In this document: piece after piece, positions 54,545-64,000 of the stretch
Numbering within the stretch: position 1 is the first letter of the stretch
Layout of the letters: the number at the start of each line of letters is the position of its first letter
Assembly: GCA_965230945.1 (NCBI GenBank)
Contig: OZ246397.1
Span: 374,284-438,283, forward strand
Source: an uncultured Gammaproteobacteria bacterium
GTDB taxonomy: Bacteria; Patescibacteriota; Microgenomatia; PFEM01; JAPLYW01
DNA: 64,000 nt
Direction: 5' to 3'
Notes under the pieces: generated by a model
What the model was told of the DNA's origin: nothing
Databases searched by the model: none
What the model saw: only the letters and a program-made list of their open reading frames with translations
Made by a program: the position numbers and the translations under genes

Positions 54545-55506
54545 AGTATGATGTTATTTCTTTTGGTTCAGCGGTTTTGGATGTTTTTTTAAAAGCACCT
54601 GATTTAAGAATTATTGAATCAAAGGAGGTTTTTACTGACAGAGCCCTAATTCTCCCTTATGGCATTAAATCTGAGGTTGATGAACTCCATATTTGTTCTG
54701 GCGGGGGAGGCACTAACACAGCCGTAGGTTTTGCTCGTCTAGGGCTTAAAACAGCCATAGTAGCTCGTTGTGGTTGGGACTTTGCCGGTAAGCTTATTCG
54801 TCAAGAGATTAAAAAGGAAAAGGTTTTTGATGAGTTGCTAGTTCAGTTGGAAGGAGAAAGGACAGATTATTCTACCATTTTGATTGGTCCTGATGGCAAC
54901 CGAACGATTCTAGTTTACAGAGGAGGAACTGGTTTAGAAAAATCAGTGGTTGATTTTCAAAAATTAAACAGTTTTTGGTTTTATATCACCTCTTTAGAGG
55001 GTAATTTAGATCTGCTTAAGACCTTGGTTGGCTTGGCTAAAAAGAATCATATCAAGGTGGCTTTGAATCCCGGTCGTCGTGAGATCAAGCAAAAAAAGGA
55101 ACTTTTGGAAATTGTCAAAGAGATAGAATTTTTTATTGTCAATGAAAAAGAAGCAGCTTTATTAACTGATTTGTCTTCGCGAATGGAGGTTTTAAAAAAT
55201 TTGATAGCACATTTACCTAGAACTAATTTGGTCGTTACTAGAGGAACTAATGGTGTTTATCTTCATCAGTCAGGGGGTAAAAAAATAGAAAAACCTGCCT
55301 TAAAGGTTAAGATGGTTGATCAAACAGGAGCTGGTGATGCTTTTGGTTCAGGCTTTATCGGCGGATTAGCGAGTGGTTTTTCAATAGAGAGGGCTTTAGA
55401 TTTGGGTATCGCCAACGGAGCTTCGGTGGTTGGTGAAATAGGCGCCAAGGAGGGTTTAATTAAGAAGTCAGAAATAGACTTTTACTTAGATAAGGGGGGT
55501 AAGTAA
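54541..55506 (+). CDS. PfkB-family carbohydrate kinase
   Basis: GGGGTNTAVGFARLG, NEKEA, DQTGAGDAFGSG. Confidence 0.92.
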   Translation: MKYDVISFGSAVLDVFLKAPDLRIIESKEVFTDRALILPYGIKSEVDELHICSGGGGTNTAVGFARLGLKTAIVARCGWDFAGKLIRQEIKKEKVFDELLVQLEGERTDYSTILIGPDGNRTILVYRGGTGLEKSVVDFQKLNSFWFYITSLEGNLDLLKTLVGLAKKNHIKVALNPGRREIKQKKELLEIVKEIEFFIVNEKEAALLTDLSSRMEVLKNLIAHLPRTNLVVTRGTNGVYLHQSGGKKIEKPALKVKMVDQTGAGDAFGSGFIGGLASGFSIERALDLGIANGASVVGEIGAKEGLIKKSEIDFYLDKGGK

Positions 55507-55513
55507 TATAATT

Positions 55514-55930
55514 ATGATAAAAGAAAGTAAAACCTTTATAAATTTAGGTATTATTTTTGACGAAAAAGGAAATGTTTTGCTTATTAGAAGGAAGCGTCTT
55601 GAGAAAAGCAGAAAGGGGGCTGTGCTTAAATGGGCTTTTCCTGGTGGAAAACAAAGATATGATGAGTCAAGGAAAGAATGTGTTGAACGAGAAGTATTAG
55701 ATGAAACAGGATTTAAAACAGAGCAGATTAAAGAGATATCTTTAAGAGTTCACCCTGAATTTCCGGTAACAGTTGTTTATCATCTCTGTAAAGTGATTAG
55801 ACCAAGAAAGTTTGCCGAGACAAAAGAGCCTTGGGAGATTGAAGAAATTCGTTGGGTTAAACCGAAAGAAATCAGAAAATTAATCACTTCTGACTTAGAT
55901 GAAAAGGTTGCTTTGGAGCTTAAAATTTAA
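55514..55930 (+). CDS. NUDIX hydrolase
   Basis: WAFPGGK..ESRKECVEREVLDETG. Confidence 0.88.
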   Translation: MIKESKTFINLGIIFDEKGNVLLIRRKRLEKSRKGAVLKWAFPGGKQRYDESRKECVEREVLDETGFKTEQIKEISLRVHPEFPVTVVYHLCKVIRPRKFAETKEPWEIEEIRWVKPKEIRKLITSDLDEKVALELKI

Positions 55931-56008
55931 GTTGTTTTGCGTAATTTTTTTACTCTGAAATTTTTTATTTTTTAGTTGATAGATTATAATATTGTAAAAT
56001 GATTTAAT

Positions 56009-57001
56009 ATGAATTTTAAAATTGAACAAAAAAAAATTCCTGGAACAGAAGAATTAACAGATCAAGAAAAGCCAAAAAGGAGAAGAAAGAAACGAGCAGT
56101 TCCTAAAGGCGGACGCTGGACAGTAGCAGTTGGCTTTCTTTTTACCCTACTAGTTATTGCTGGTTTCTATCTTCAGGCAGAATTGCCAATCTTTTGGCAA
56201 AAGATAACCTCTCCTTTGGTAATTAGCAATCTTTCTAAAGAGGAAAGATTTGATCCTAGTTTAGTTTTGTCAGAGATTGAAAATTTAACTAAAGATCTTC
56301 GCGGCAGCTATGGAGTCTATGTTTTTCGTTTAACTGATAAAAAAGATTATGGTTTTAATGAAGATAAAGTCTTTCCTGCCGCCTCTTTAATGAAACTGCC
56401 GGTGATGTTGGCTTTATATCAAGAAGCTGAAAAAGGCAAGATTGATTTAGAAACAAAATATACTTTAATGGAGAAAGATAAAAGAAGAGGAGCAGGTATT
56501 TTACAGAATAAAGAGGCTGCTTCTTCCTATACTTATAGAGAATTAGCTAAACTCATGGGGCAGTATTCCGATAACACGGCTTTTGCCATCATAAGAGGAG
56601 TTTTGAGTGATGAAGAGATTGAAAAAATGATAGCTGATTTGGGAATGAAAAATACCTCTTTGAAGGATTTTGAAACAACACCTGAAGATATAGGGATCTT
56701 TTTCCAAAGACTCTATCAGGGGAATATTTTAAAAGATAGAAATCGTGATGAGATTTTATCTTTTTTGACAGAGACGGCTTTTGAAAATTGGATTCCTCAA
56801 GGAGTCCCGGATGAGATTAAGGTTTCTCATAAAATAGGTCAAGAGTTAGGAACCTTTTCTGATGCCGGTATCATTTTTACCTCGCGCCCTTTTATTTTGG
56901 TAATAATGTCTAAAAACGCTAGACAAAAAGAAGCCGATGAGGTTTTGGTGGAGATTACAAAGAAGGTGTGGGCGTTTGAGACGGAAAAAGGATCTCTTTG
57001 A
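56009..57001 (+). CDS. Membrane-anchored class A beta-lactamase-like serine hydrolase
   Basis: SxxK (ASLMK), SDN, HKIG; N-terminal TM. Confidence 0.85.
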   Translation: MNFKIEQKKIPGTEELTDQEKPKRRRKKRAVPKGGRWTVAVGFLFTLLVIAGFYLQAELPIFWQKITSPLVISNLSKEERFDPSLVLSEIENLTKDLRGSYGVYVFRLTDKKDYGFNEDKVFPAASLMKLPVMLALYQEAEKGKIDLETKYTLMEKDKRRGAGILQNKEAASSYTYRELAKLMGQYSDNTAFAIIRGVLSDEEIEKMIADLGMKNTSLKDFETTPEDIGIFFQRLYQGNILKDRNRDEILSFLTETAFENWIPQGVPDEIKVSHKIGQELGTFSDAGIIFTSRPFILVIMSKNARQKEADEVLVEITKKVWAFETEKGSL

Positions 57002-59261
57002 TTTTTTCCGGCTGACAGTGAATTTTAGGTTCTGTGCCGGGTAAAAACCATTCCCATTTAGTAGGACAACCTTCACAGGGGAGAGTGTTGGTTAAAGAAC
57101 AAATTCCAACTCTTTTTAAATCTTCAGGCTGAGTAAATTCTTTATCAGGAATCTCTTGCAAAAGGAAGCTCATGATTTTGTTCCAAATGGGGGTAGCACC
57201 GGTTACTCCCGAGGCGACATAACTCATGGGGCTGTTGTCATTATTGCCTACCCAACTGGCTACTAAAAAATCGGGGGTATAACCAATCGTCCAGTTGTCA
57301 CGAAGATTTTGGGTAGTGCCGGTTTTAACGGCGACATGAGGATGGTTAGAAATATTTAGAAGGGAACGAAGGCCGAAGGCTGGAGTTCGAGCTCGGTTGT
57401 CAGAGAGAATATCAGTTAGAATGTAAGCTACATTAGTTGGCAAAACTTTTTTGGGCTTTAAATTTTGCTTTTGGGTTTCAATGATTTCTCCTTTGTAGTT
57501 TTTTATTTCTAAGATGGGGCTAAGGTTTACCCTGTAACCTAAATTAGCTAAGGTGCCATAAGCGACTGCCAAGTCAATCATTCTGATTTCGCCACCACCC
57601 AAGGTTAAAGATAGACCGAAACGACTTTTATCATCCCAGGTGGTGATGCCCATCTTTTGCCCCATCTCGATCATGCGCTCAACTCCTAAGGCAGAAAGAA
57701 CTTTTACGGCAGGGACATTATAAGAAGAAGCCAAAGCAGTGCGGAGGCTAATATTGCCATGGAAGCGGTTATCGTAATTTTTAGGACTATAAGGAGGCTG
57801 TCCGGGAAGGAGATAGGTAATGGGGGTATCAGGAATGATAGTCGCTGGAGTAAAACCATGTTGTAAAGCGACAGCATAGTTAACCGGTTTAATGGCTGAA
57901 CCTGGTTGTCTTAAACTTAAGGTAACATTAACATTACCATCATTTTTTAGATCAAAATAATCTTTAGAACCGACCATGGCTAAAATTTCACCGCTTTTAG
58001 GATTGGTAACCAAGATGGCTCCGTTGCCGATTCTTAAATTTCTTAATTTGCTGATTTCTTGGCTTACAATTTTTTCAGTCTTTTGTTGAATTTCTAAATC
58101 TAGGCTGGTAATCACCTCTAGACCTCCTTCTTCTACCATTCTTTGGCCATATTTCTGGGTTAAGAATTCTTTAACGTACATGACAAAGTGGGGAGCTTTG
58201 ATATTGGTTTTTTGAGGGGCAAATTTAACTTCTTCTTTGGCTGTTTTTTCTTCTTGTTGAGGAGTAATAAAGCCTTCTTGACGCATGCGTCTTAAAACCA
58301 ATTCTTGTCTTCCTTTAGCTAACTTAGGAAAGGCTCCAAAGGGGGAATAGGTGGTTGGGGCTACAGGTAGACCAGCTAAAAGGGCTGCTTCAGCCAAGGT
58401 TAAATCCTTAGTGCTTTTATTAAAGTAGGTTTGGGAAGCTTCTTCTATACCATAAGTAGCACCGCCATAGCCAACTTCATTAAAATACATTTGTAGAATC
58501 TCGTCTTTGGAAAATTTAATTTCTACCATAACAGCCAAAATAATTTCCTTAATTTTTCTTCTTAAAGTTCTTTCAGGGGTAAGCAGGGCATTCTTAACTA
58601 GCTGTTGGGTGATGGTTGAACCTCCATATAATTTATCGCCTTTTAAGTTTCTTAAAAAAGCCCGGAAAATATCTTTAGGGGAAAAGCCATGATGTTTATA
58701 AAACTTAGCATCTTCAACGGCAATAGTAGCCTGGATTAAATGAAGGGGGATATCGTTGAGATTAATGAGGGTACGATTTTGATTACGATAGATTTTGTAA
58801 AGGAGATGACCTTCGCGATCATAGATTTTAGTGGAAACGATTTGTTCTCTGGTGATGAGTTTGTTGGGGTTAGGTAAATCCTTAAGGATAAAAAAATAAG
58901 CTAAGAAAGTAAAAGTTATGAAGAAAAGGCTAATCATTAAAATGATAAGTTTCTTTTTAGAAGGCTTAAAAGGAAGAGTAAGTTTTAAAAGAAATTGCTT
59001 AGTCCTGACTGGCCAGCGGGGAAAAATAACAATCCCTTTTTTGGCCTTTTTAATTCGCTTTTTAAACTTAAACTTAGGCAGTTTAATTAAAGGTTTTTTT
59101 ATCTTTTTTAAAAAACGGGGAATGATTTTAAGGAGATTTAAAAAATAAACAAAAGAAATTATTAAAGCGAAAGATAGCCAATAGAGAGGCTTGCCGATTT
59201 TTTCCAGAACAAAAAGCGGATATTTAAGAAGCCTAACGGTTCCTGTCCCTTTAACCGCCAT
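56955..59261 (-). CDS. Class A penicillin-binding protein (1A/1C family)
   Basis: EDAKFYKHHG, GGSTITQQLVKN, RKIKE, SxxK (SAIK), SYN, KTGT. Confidence 0.95.
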   Translation of the reverse strand: MAVKGTGTVRLLKYPLFVLEKIGKPLYWLSFALIISFVYFLNLLKIIPRFLKKIKKPLIKLPKFKFKKRIKKAKKGIVIFPRWPVRTKQFLLKLTLPFKPSKKKLIILMISLFFITFTFLAYFFILKDLPNPNKLITREQIVSTKIYDREGHLLYKIYRNQNRTLINLNDIPLHLIQATIAVEDAKFYKHHGFSPKDIFRAFLRNLKGDKLYGGSTITQQLVKNALLTPERTLRRKIKEIILAVMVEIKFSKDEILQMYFNEVGYGGATYGIEEASQTYFNKSTKDLTLAEAALLAGLPVAPTTYSPFGAFPKLAKGRQELVLRRMRQEGFITPQQEEKTAKEEVKFAPQKTNIKAPHFVMYVKEFLTQKYGQRMVEEGGLEVITSLDLEIQQKTEKIVSQEISKLRNLRIGNGAILVTNPKSGEILAMVGSKDYFDLKNDGNVNVTLSLRQPGSAIKPVNYAVALQHGFTPATIIPDTPITYLLPGQPPYSPKNYDNRFHGNISLRTALASSYNVPAVKVLSALGVERMIEMGQKMGITTWDDKSRFGLSLTLGGGEIRMIDLAVAYGTLANLGYRVNLSPILEIKNYKGEIIETQKQNLKPKKVLPTNVAYILTDILSDNRARTPAFGLRSLLNISNHPHVAVKTGTTQNLRDNWTIGYTPDFLVASWVGNNDNSPMSYVASGVTGATPIWNKIMSFLLQEIPDKEFTQPEDLKRVGICSLTNTLPCEGCPTKWEWFLPGTEPKIHCQPEKIKEILFPSQTPTPSL

Positions 59262-59278
59262 AGACCTTATTATAGTCT

Positions 59279-61516
59279 TTATTGAGCCTGATTTGAAGAA
59301 GTAATTGATTCGATTTGTGGTAAGCTGTTGATTCTGATGGTCATATGTTCACTAGGGAAGGTGCAATCCAGGCAAAAAGGGGTTTGGAGCGGATCATAGA
59401 GGACCTGATGTTCTTGCATTTCTTTGTTTTCTGGCGGCGTTTTATCAGTAGCTAACTGCCCGGTGCTTTTATCTATTTCTATGGAGGTTTTAAGATTTTC
59501 TGTGTCTGAAGAGGCGGTTCCTTTAATAAAGTATTCAAATCTGGTTTCGCAAGGATTTTCGGCATTAGGCATTTTTCCTGATAAATTACAGACGGAAATG
59601 CCAATAATTCCTTCAGGTTTAAGTGGCCAAGTTTCTTGCTGATCTTTTAAAGCATAAGTCATGATTTTGTTCCAAATAGGGGAAGCGCCGGTTAATCCCG
59701 AGGCGACATAACTCATAGGGCTGTTGTCATTATTACCTACCCAGACAACTGCTAAGCGGTCAGCATTATAGCCAATGGTCCAATTATCCCGACGATCGTT
59801 GGTAGTTCCTGTTTTAACAGAAACTTCAGAGTGGTTTTTAACATTAAGATAAGAAGAAGAACCAAAGGCAGCTGATCTGGCGTTGTTGTCTAAAAGGATA
59901 TGGGAGATAAGATAAGCTGTTTCCATAGATAGAACTCGAGGTCCTTCGCTTTCTTTTTTTTCATAAATAACCTTACTTTTAGAATCCTTGACTTCTTTAA
60001 TGGCCCAAATATCTTGGCGGATACCTAGATTGGCAAAAGCAGAGAAAGCAGTGGCCATATCGATTATTTTCACCTCACCGCCGCCTAAGGTTAAGGATAA
60101 ACCGTACTTTTGCGGATCTTTAAAGGTCGTAATCCCCATTTCTTGAGCTTTTTGGATAAAATTTTCAACGGTGTTTAAGGTCAAAACTTTAACGGCTGGG
60201 ATATTATAGGAATTGCCTAAAGCAAAGCGTACTTGAGTTGGTCCATGGAAACTGCCATCATAGTTAACGGGACAGTAAAGCTTTTGCCCGGGGACGGAAA
60301 AACAAGTAGGAACATCATTAATCGGGGTCGCCAAGGTAATAATTTTCTTTTCTAGAGCCAAGGCGTAATTAAGAGGTTTAATGGAGGATCCGGGTTGACG
60401 GGACATTAAAGTTACATTGACGTTACCGTCAATTTCCTCATCAAAATAATCTTTAGAACCGACCATGGCCAAAATTTCACCGCTTTTGGGGTTGGTAACC
60501 AAGGCTGCTCCGTTGCTGATTTTAAGCCTTTTTACTTTGGCTACCTCTGAGGCAATTATTTCTTGGGCAGAATCTTGCAGATCCAAGTCTAGGGTGGTTG
60601 TTACTCTTAGGCCTCCTTCTTCGACCAATCGCTCTCCATATTTATTAACTAAAAGTTCTTTAATGTATAAAACAAAGTGGGGAGCTTTAATGCCAACGGT
60701 AGCTTTGGCGAATTTAAGTTCTTCCTCTTGTCTTTTTTGGGCTTCATCTTCATCGATATAGCCATTTTCAACCATTCGTTTTAAGACCCGTTCTTGTCTT
60801 TCTTTAGCTAACTCTGGATGAGCTCCAAAGGGAGAAAAACGGGTTGGGGAGGCAGGTAAACCGGCTAATAGAGCTGCTTCAGCTAAACTTAGTTCTTTGG
60901 TAGTTTTATCAAAGTAGGTTTGCGAAGCGGTTTCAATTCCCCAGGCAGTGCCTCCGTAAGGAATTTGATTAAGGTACATTTCTAAGATGCGGTCTTTAGA
61001 ATAAATAATCTCCACGAAATAGGTCAAGACGAACTCCCTAATTTTTCTTCTAAGAGTCCTTTCAGGAGTAAGTAAGGCATTTTTAACCAGTTGTTGGGTG
61101 ATGGTTGAACCTCCTTGAAGAGTTTGGCGGAAGATGATGTTGTAAGAGGCTCTCATAATGCCTCCGAAATCAAAGCCATGATGCTGATAGAAATTCCTGT
61201 CTTCCGAGGCGATGGTAGCCCATTTGACGTAGTCAGGAACATTCTCAAGTTTGACAGGCGTTCGGTTTTTTTCAGCGTAAACTTCATAAAGAAGATGACC
61301 ATTCCTATCATAAATTAAGGTTGAGGCGGGGAAGGGGAAAGACCCTAATTTAGTGGGAGAAGGGAGATCTTTAAAAATATAAATAAATAAAAAAAGACCT
61401 AATAAAAACAGGCTAACGAGGATTTTGTGTTTTTTTAAAAAGCTTAAAGCTTTAGCCTTTTTATCTTTCGATTTATTTTTTATTTTTCTTTTCATTCTCT
61501 TGATTACAAGTTGCAA
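59279..61516 (-). CDS. Class A penicillin-binding protein (1A/1C family), paralog
   Basis: EDRNFYQHHG, GGSTITQQLVKN, SSIK, SYN, KTGT. Confidence 0.95.
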   Translation of the reverse strand: MQLVIKRMKRKIKNKSKDKKAKALSFLKKHKILVSLFLLGLFLFIYIFKDLPSPTKLGSFPFPASTLIYDRNGHLLYEVYAEKNRTPVKLENVPDYVKWATIASEDRNFYQHHGFDFGGIMRASYNIIFRQTLQGGSTITQQLVKNALLTPERTLRRKIREFVLTYFVEIIYSKDRILEMYLNQIPYGGTAWGIETASQTYFDKTTKELSLAEAALLAGLPASPTRFSPFGAHPELAKERQERVLKRMVENGYIDEDEAQKRQEEELKFAKATVGIKAPHFVLYIKELLVNKYGERLVEEGGLRVTTTLDLDLQDSAQEIIASEVAKVKRLKISNGAALVTNPKSGEILAMVGSKDYFDEEIDGNVNVTLMSRQPGSSIKPLNYALALEKKIITLATPINDVPTCFSVPGQKLYCPVNYDGSFHGPTQVRFALGNSYNIPAVKVLTLNTVENFIQKAQEMGITTFKDPQKYGLSLTLGGGEVKIIDMATAFSAFANLGIRQDIWAIKEVKDSKSKVIYEKKESEGPRVLSMETAYLISHILLDNNARSAAFGSSSYLNVKNHSEVSVKTGTTNDRRDNWTIGYNADRLAVVWVGNNDNSPMSYVASGLTGASPIWNKIMTYALKDQQETWPLKPEGIIGISVCNLSGKMPNAENPCETRFEYFIKGTASSDTENLKTSIEIDKSTGQLATDKTPPENKEMQEHQVLYDPLQTPFCLDCTFPSEHMTIRINSLPQIESITSSNQAQ

Positions 61517-61547
61517 TTATAACATGATTAATTTATTATACTAATAA

Positions 61548-62225
61548 ATGGAGCTTTTTGGTAAGATTTTCCATAAGCAGAAGCTTTCTTTAAAACATAT
61601 CTTCGCTCTTTTCTCTTTTATTTTTATTCTTTGGTCTTTCTATCGTTATTTACCCCAGGTTTTACCTTTATGGGCAGAAGAATTAATCTTGAAGCCAGTT
61701 ATTTGGTTATTGCCTACTTTTTGGCTGCTTAAAAAAGTTGAAAAGGGAGGATTTAGTTCTTTGGGTTTTAATAAGCAAAATCTTTTTCCTTCTATCTATT
61801 GGGGAGTAGGCTTGGGTTTGGTTTTTGCTTTTGAAGGATTGATAACTAATATTTTTAAGTATAAAGGTCTTCATTTAGTGGCCTTAGATTATTCGCCTTG
61901 GTTTTTTGTAGGTTTGTTGTCTTTATCTTTGGTAACTGCCTTTTCTGAGGAGTTAGTTTTTCGCGGTTACATTTTTAATCGTCTTTGGCAGGTTTGGGAT
62001 AAAGAATGGTTGGCCAATATAGTTTCTTCACTTTTATTTGTTGGTATTCATTTGCCCATTGGTGTTTTTGTTCTCGGTTATACGCCTATGGTCATGGTGG
62101 CTTATTTGTTTTTTGTTTTTATCTTTGGTTTTGGTTCTGCCTTTGTCTTTGCCAGAACTCGTAATCTTATTTCCAGTATTTTGTTGCATATTTTTTGGGC
62201 CTGGCCTATTATTTTGTTTAGATAA
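61548..62225 (+). CDS. CPBP/Abi (CAAX protease-like) intramembrane protease
   Basis: EELVFRG, FVGIH, ILLH motifs. Confidence 0.9.
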   Translation: MELFGKIFHKQKLSLKHIFALFSFIFILWSFYRYLPQVLPLWAEELILKPVIWLLPTFWLLKKVEKGGFSSLGFNKQNLFPSIYWGVGLGLVFAFEGLITNIFKYKGLHLVALDYSPWFFVGLLSLSLVTAFSEELVFRGYIFNRLWQVWDKEWLANIVSSLLFVGIHLPIGVFVLGYTPMVMVAYLFFVFIFGFGSAFVFARTRNLISSILLHIFWAWPIILFR

Positions 62226-62227
62226 TT

Positions 62228-62431
62228 ATGGAGTTAACTAAAAATTTAGATTGTCCCTGTTCTTATCCTGGCTGTTCTAGAAAAACTAATTGTGCTGCCT
62301 GTTTAAAATATCATCTTGACCAAAAGGAATTACCAGCTTGCTGTTTTCCGCCTGAGGTAGAAAAAACTTATGACCGTAGTTTTACTAATTTCATAAAGTG
62401 TTATACTAAAGATGGAGGAGGTGAGAAGTAA
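62228..62431 (+). CDS. Small Cys-rich protein (DUF6485-like)
   Basis: CPCSYPGC..C..C..YH....LPACCF..EKTYDRS. Confidence 0.78.
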   Translation: MELTKNLDCPCSYPGCSRKTNCAACLKYHLDQKELPACCFPPEVEKTYDRSFTNFIKCYTKDGGGEK

Positions 62432-62434
62432 AAT

Positions 62435-63058
62435 ATGTATTGTCAATGTAAGCTGGGAAATGTTTTTACTATTTTTTTGGCTTTAATTTTTGCCTTGGGA
62501 ATTTTGGTTACTTCAGTTGTTAAAACTTCGGCTCAAAGCAGTAGCCAAAATTATCAGATTGCGCCGGTAATAGAAGAGGAGCAAACCGTTGATGAGGATA
62601 AACTGGCTGTTGAAAAGAAAGAAGTTGACTATTTTTTAGCTTATCCAGGTATTTTACCAGATCATTTCCTTTATCCAGTTAAGATGATTCGTGATCGCAT
62701 TTGGCTTTGGTTAACGACAGATTCTTTAAAGAAAGCTGAGAAGTTGCTTCTTTTTGCTGATAAAAGATTAGGAGCAGGTAAGGCTTTGATTGAAGGCAAT
62801 AAAGTTGATTTGGGGATAACCACTTTAACTAAAGGGGAAAAGTATTTACAGCGAGCCATTAATCAAGAGAGAGTGGCTAAAGATAAAGGTAGGGATACAA
62901 AAGACTTTTTAGAAAAAGTACATCAGGCATCATTAAAGCATGAAGAAGTCTTGCTTGAGCTTCAGCAAAAGGTTATTAGTGAATCAAGACCAACTTTTGA
63001 TGAGACTTTAAAGACTAACATCCAAGCTCAAGAACAATTACAACCGCTTTTAGAGTAA
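62435..63058 (+). CDS. DUF5667-like membrane-anchored protein
   Basis: YPGILPDHFLYPVK..ADKRL motif. Confidence 0.78.
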   Translation: MYCQCKLGNVFTIFLALIFALGILVTSVVKTSAQSSSQNYQIAPVIEEEQTVDEDKLAVEKKEVDYFLAYPGILPDHFLYPVKMIRDRIWLWLTTDSLKKAEKLLLFADKRLGAGKALIEGNKVDLGITTLTKGEKYLQRAINQERVAKDKGRDTKDFLEKVHQASLKHEEVLLELQQKVISESRPTFDETLKTNIQAQEQLQPLLE

Positions 63059-63187
63059 GCCTGCCCTTTTTCTGATATCTTTTGATGTCTTTATTACTAG
63101 TTGACAGCCTCAACTGAGGAATTGTTAAATAGTGATTGCTTCTTGAGCAAATCTCCGCCGGGGCAGGCGAAGATCATTATTAAAATT

Positions 63188-64000
63188 ATGGCTATTTTTA
63201 TGGCTAAAAAGGACAAACCAAAAAATTATCCAAAATTCGATTGGAGTGAGCAAGCTTTAGTAGTTTTGAAAGAAAGGTATTTGTCTAAGGATTCTCAAGG
63301 GAGGGTTATTGAAACTCCAGAAGGAATGTGCTTTCGAGTAGCCAAAAGGATTGCTTCCGCTGAAAAGTATTTTAAAACCCCTGGAAAAGAAATAAATCAA
63401 CTCACCAAAGCTTTTTACGAATTGATGGGCAACAAGTGGTTTTTGCCAAATTCACCTACTTTGATGAATGCTGGACGTGATGACAATTTGCAGTATTCAG
63501 CCTGTTTTGTTTTGCCAATTCCTGATTCGATTACCGGTATTTTCGAGGCGATTAAAAGAGCAGCTTTAATTCATAAATCAGGAGGGGGAACAGGTTTTGA
63601 TTTTTCTGACTTGCGGCCTAAAGGCAGTATCGTTCGCTCTACTAAAGGGGTGGCTTCAGGTCCAATTTCTTTTATGCGTATTTTTGATGCCTCTACGTCT
63701 GAGATTAAACAAGGAGGAATGAGACGGGGAGCTAATATGGGAATTTTACGTGTTGATCATCCAGACATTTTAGACTTTATCGAATGTAAGGCTAAAGGAG
63801 GAATTACTAATTTTAATATTTCTGCTTCTGTTACCAATAAGTTCTTAAGAGCAGTTTTAAGAAAAGGGTCTTATTGGCTTTATGATCCAGTCACTGGCAA
63901 GAAAGTTAAGAAATTAAAGGCTAAGGGAATTTTTGACAAAATTATTCAAATGGCTTGGCAGACAGGTGATCCGGGTTTAGTTTTTTTAGATACCGTTAAT
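63188..64000 (+). CDS. nrdJ: Class II (adenosylcobalamin-dependent) ribonucleotide reductase, N-terminal part (truncated by window end; not in ORF track)
   Basis: Manual translation: LKERYL, FLPNSPTLMNAG, SACFVL, SGGGTGFDFS, ASGPISFM, QGGMRRGANM, NFNIS, GDPG. Confidence 0.9.
   Translation, partial: MAIFMAKKDKPKNYPKFDWSEQALVVLKERYLSKDSQGRVIETPEGMCFRVAKRIASAEKYFKTPGKEINQLTKAFYELMGNKWFLPNSPTLMNAGRDDNLQYSACFVLPIPDSITGIFEAIKRAALIHKSGGGTGFDFSDLRPKGSIVRSTKGVASGPISFMRIFDASTSEIKQGGMRRGANMGILRVDHPDILDFIECKAKGGITNFNISASVTNKFLRAVLRKGSYWLYDPVTGKKVKKLKAKGIFDKIIQMAWQTGDPGLVFLDTVN

Noticed and set aside
56009-57001. Bona fide antibiotic-resistance beta-lactamase
   Set aside because: Membrane-anchored with a shortened omega-loop region; more likely a cell-wall serine hydrolase
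3749-62859. Many short ORFs nested antisense or out of frame within long genes
   Set aside because: Shadow ORFs of well-supported CDSs, with no independent motifs or start signals
1-64000. Alternative genetic code (TGA recoded, as in Gracilibacteria/Absconditabacteria)
   Set aside because: Conserved genes are full-length under code 11 and several end in TGA (e.g. virB4-like, fba, response regulator)

Overview
AT-rich bacterial chromosome segment. The gene content (VirB4/PrgI/multi-pilin locus, archaeal-type TpiA, class II RNR, group I intron in tRNA-Asn, mostly leaderless genes) looks like Patescibacteria/CPR, probably Microgenomates; this is an inference. In order: 3' end of dnaA, oriC, dnaN; a relaxase-less T4SS-like locus with eight pilin-like genes; smpB-tmRNA, comF, six Ser/Arg tRNAs, dnaG-rpoD; a tRNA-Asn(GTT) split by a 190-nt group I intron; a ~12.5 kb accessory tract; an Rrf2-iscS-iscU operon; a glycolysis/nucleotide-salvage operon; two tandem class A PBPs; and the 5' part of nrdJ. 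Main discovery candidate: the tract at 29770-42277 is a tandem array of about 13 small gene cassettes anchored at the tRNA-Asn 3' end. Most junctions repeat the tRNA's terminal (G)GAG core and often its trailer/terminator. Each is preceded by a conserved arm that, on the minus strand, reads as the C-terminal tail of a protein (two families: WLP[I/L/F]VD[D/N]VRT and L...IT...I...FED), varying mostly synonymously or conservatively. This suggests an integron-like, tRNA-targeted cassette system driven by a split (probably large serine) recombinase supplied in trans. No recombinase gene is visible in the window, and all family assignments come from recognising motifs by eye, not from database searches.
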